Positions 62,999-64,000 of a DNA stretch of 64,000 nucleotides are shown piece after piece (position 1 is the stretch's first letter; every line of letters starts with the position of its first letter). The DNA is from Squalus acanthias (Eukaryota), in the NCBI GenBank assembly GCA_030390025.1, contig JASTWF010000033.1, forward strand, positions 4,466,001-4,530,000. The letters are read 5' to 3'. Below the pieces are notes generated by a model. It did not search any database. It was not told where the DNA came from and saw nothing but the letters and a program-made list of their open reading frames with translations. A program made the position numbers and the translations under genes.

Positions 62999-63758
62999 TG
63001 GCCAGAAATTCGGCTCTCCGGCTTCCCGCGGGTGCAAGAATCGCTCACATACTTACCTACCGCGCCTGCAGTTGTGCTTCGGGCCCGCTTGGAATTCGGC
63101 TCCTGGGCCTCCTGCAGCTGCCGGCGCGCAGTGCTTGCGTATCCCAGCGTCGCAACTAGTTCCAAGCGTCCCCTGGGATCAAGTGGGCCATGGAGAGCCA
63201 ATCGGAGCAGGGAATCTTCAATCATAGATTTTGACAGGAAGACCTGTCAAATCTATGAATAGAGATCGGACCCAAAACCTCACTAAAACTTCAAATAAAT
63301 AAAAAAAAAATCACATTTTTAAAAAACTATAAATTACATAAATTAAATACATTAAATAAAAGTTTAAATTTTTTACAAATTTAATTACTCTTTTTAACGG
63401 TGTTAAAAATATACTTACCTTTCTTTAAAGTATGTAAAAAAGATAAACCTGTTGAAAAAATGTTTAAATTGCACTTAATTCACCAATTACCTTGTTAAAA
63501 GCAGTCATTTTGCCTCATTTTTCCCGCGCAGCTTCACCGTACTTACACTCACGGAGAAACCTGGAAAAAAAACGAAGTTTGCTGCGTGTGCACTGACTCT
63601 CCGGTGCACGCGTTCGACTTCTGAACCCCTTCCTTCAGGGGAACAGAATTTCCGTTTTCCAGCGCATGCGCAGCGCATGCGCGAAACCGGCACTTTCGTT
63701 GGGTCTACGGGTGAGTACCCAGCGTGTACTCACCCGTGGAGACCCGAGTTTCTGTCCC
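62999..63758. mobile_element. Harbinger-like MITE related to 37698-38438
   Basis: Imperfect 21-bp TIRs TGGCCAGAAATTCGGCTCTCC ... GGAGACCCGAGTTTCTGTCCC; shares the GCGCATGCGC..AAACCGGCACTT motif and an AT-rich core. Confidence 0.7.
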
Positions 63759-64000
63759 ATTCACTCTAATATAAGAGATATTAAAGGGGGGAGATGTAGG
63801 ATCCATTCCTCCACCCCACGGTAAAAATATTGCACTATGAAATATAAAAACCCTGAAGTGCACAGCCCGCAAAAAGATCTGGGCAATAAAGGGTTAATTC
63901 AAACATTGCAGCCGAAACTAAGAACCTTCAAGAGACTGGATCACAGACAATCTAGTATCTGAATGAGAACATCCGCATATTCATTTACCTTAAGGCGTTA

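Overview
Repeat-dense vertebrate genomic DNA, most likely from a cartilaginous fish; this is inferred from the CR1/L2/Penelope repeat set and the GPR139/142-like receptor. One intact host gene is supported: a two-exon class A GPCR (exon 1 at 4893-4959, exon 2 at 23995-24896, 19-kb transposon-filled intron). The rest is many CR1-clade LINEs (one near full length), L2 fragments, two families of Penelope-like elements with minimal hammerhead ribozyme motifs, two Harbinger-like MITEs and six tandem repeat arrays. The most interesting feature is a decayed retrovirus-like provirus at about 43.8-62.7 kb. It has a candidate LTR, RT C-terminus, a Ty3/gypsy-like tether plus a second RNase H, an integrase, and a spliced env with a furin site and class-I-fusion-like peptide, which resembles lokiretroviruses. 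Its gag/pro/RT-N region is occupied by a ~12-kb 36-bp satellite. All calls are by eye; boundaries of decayed repeats are approximate.
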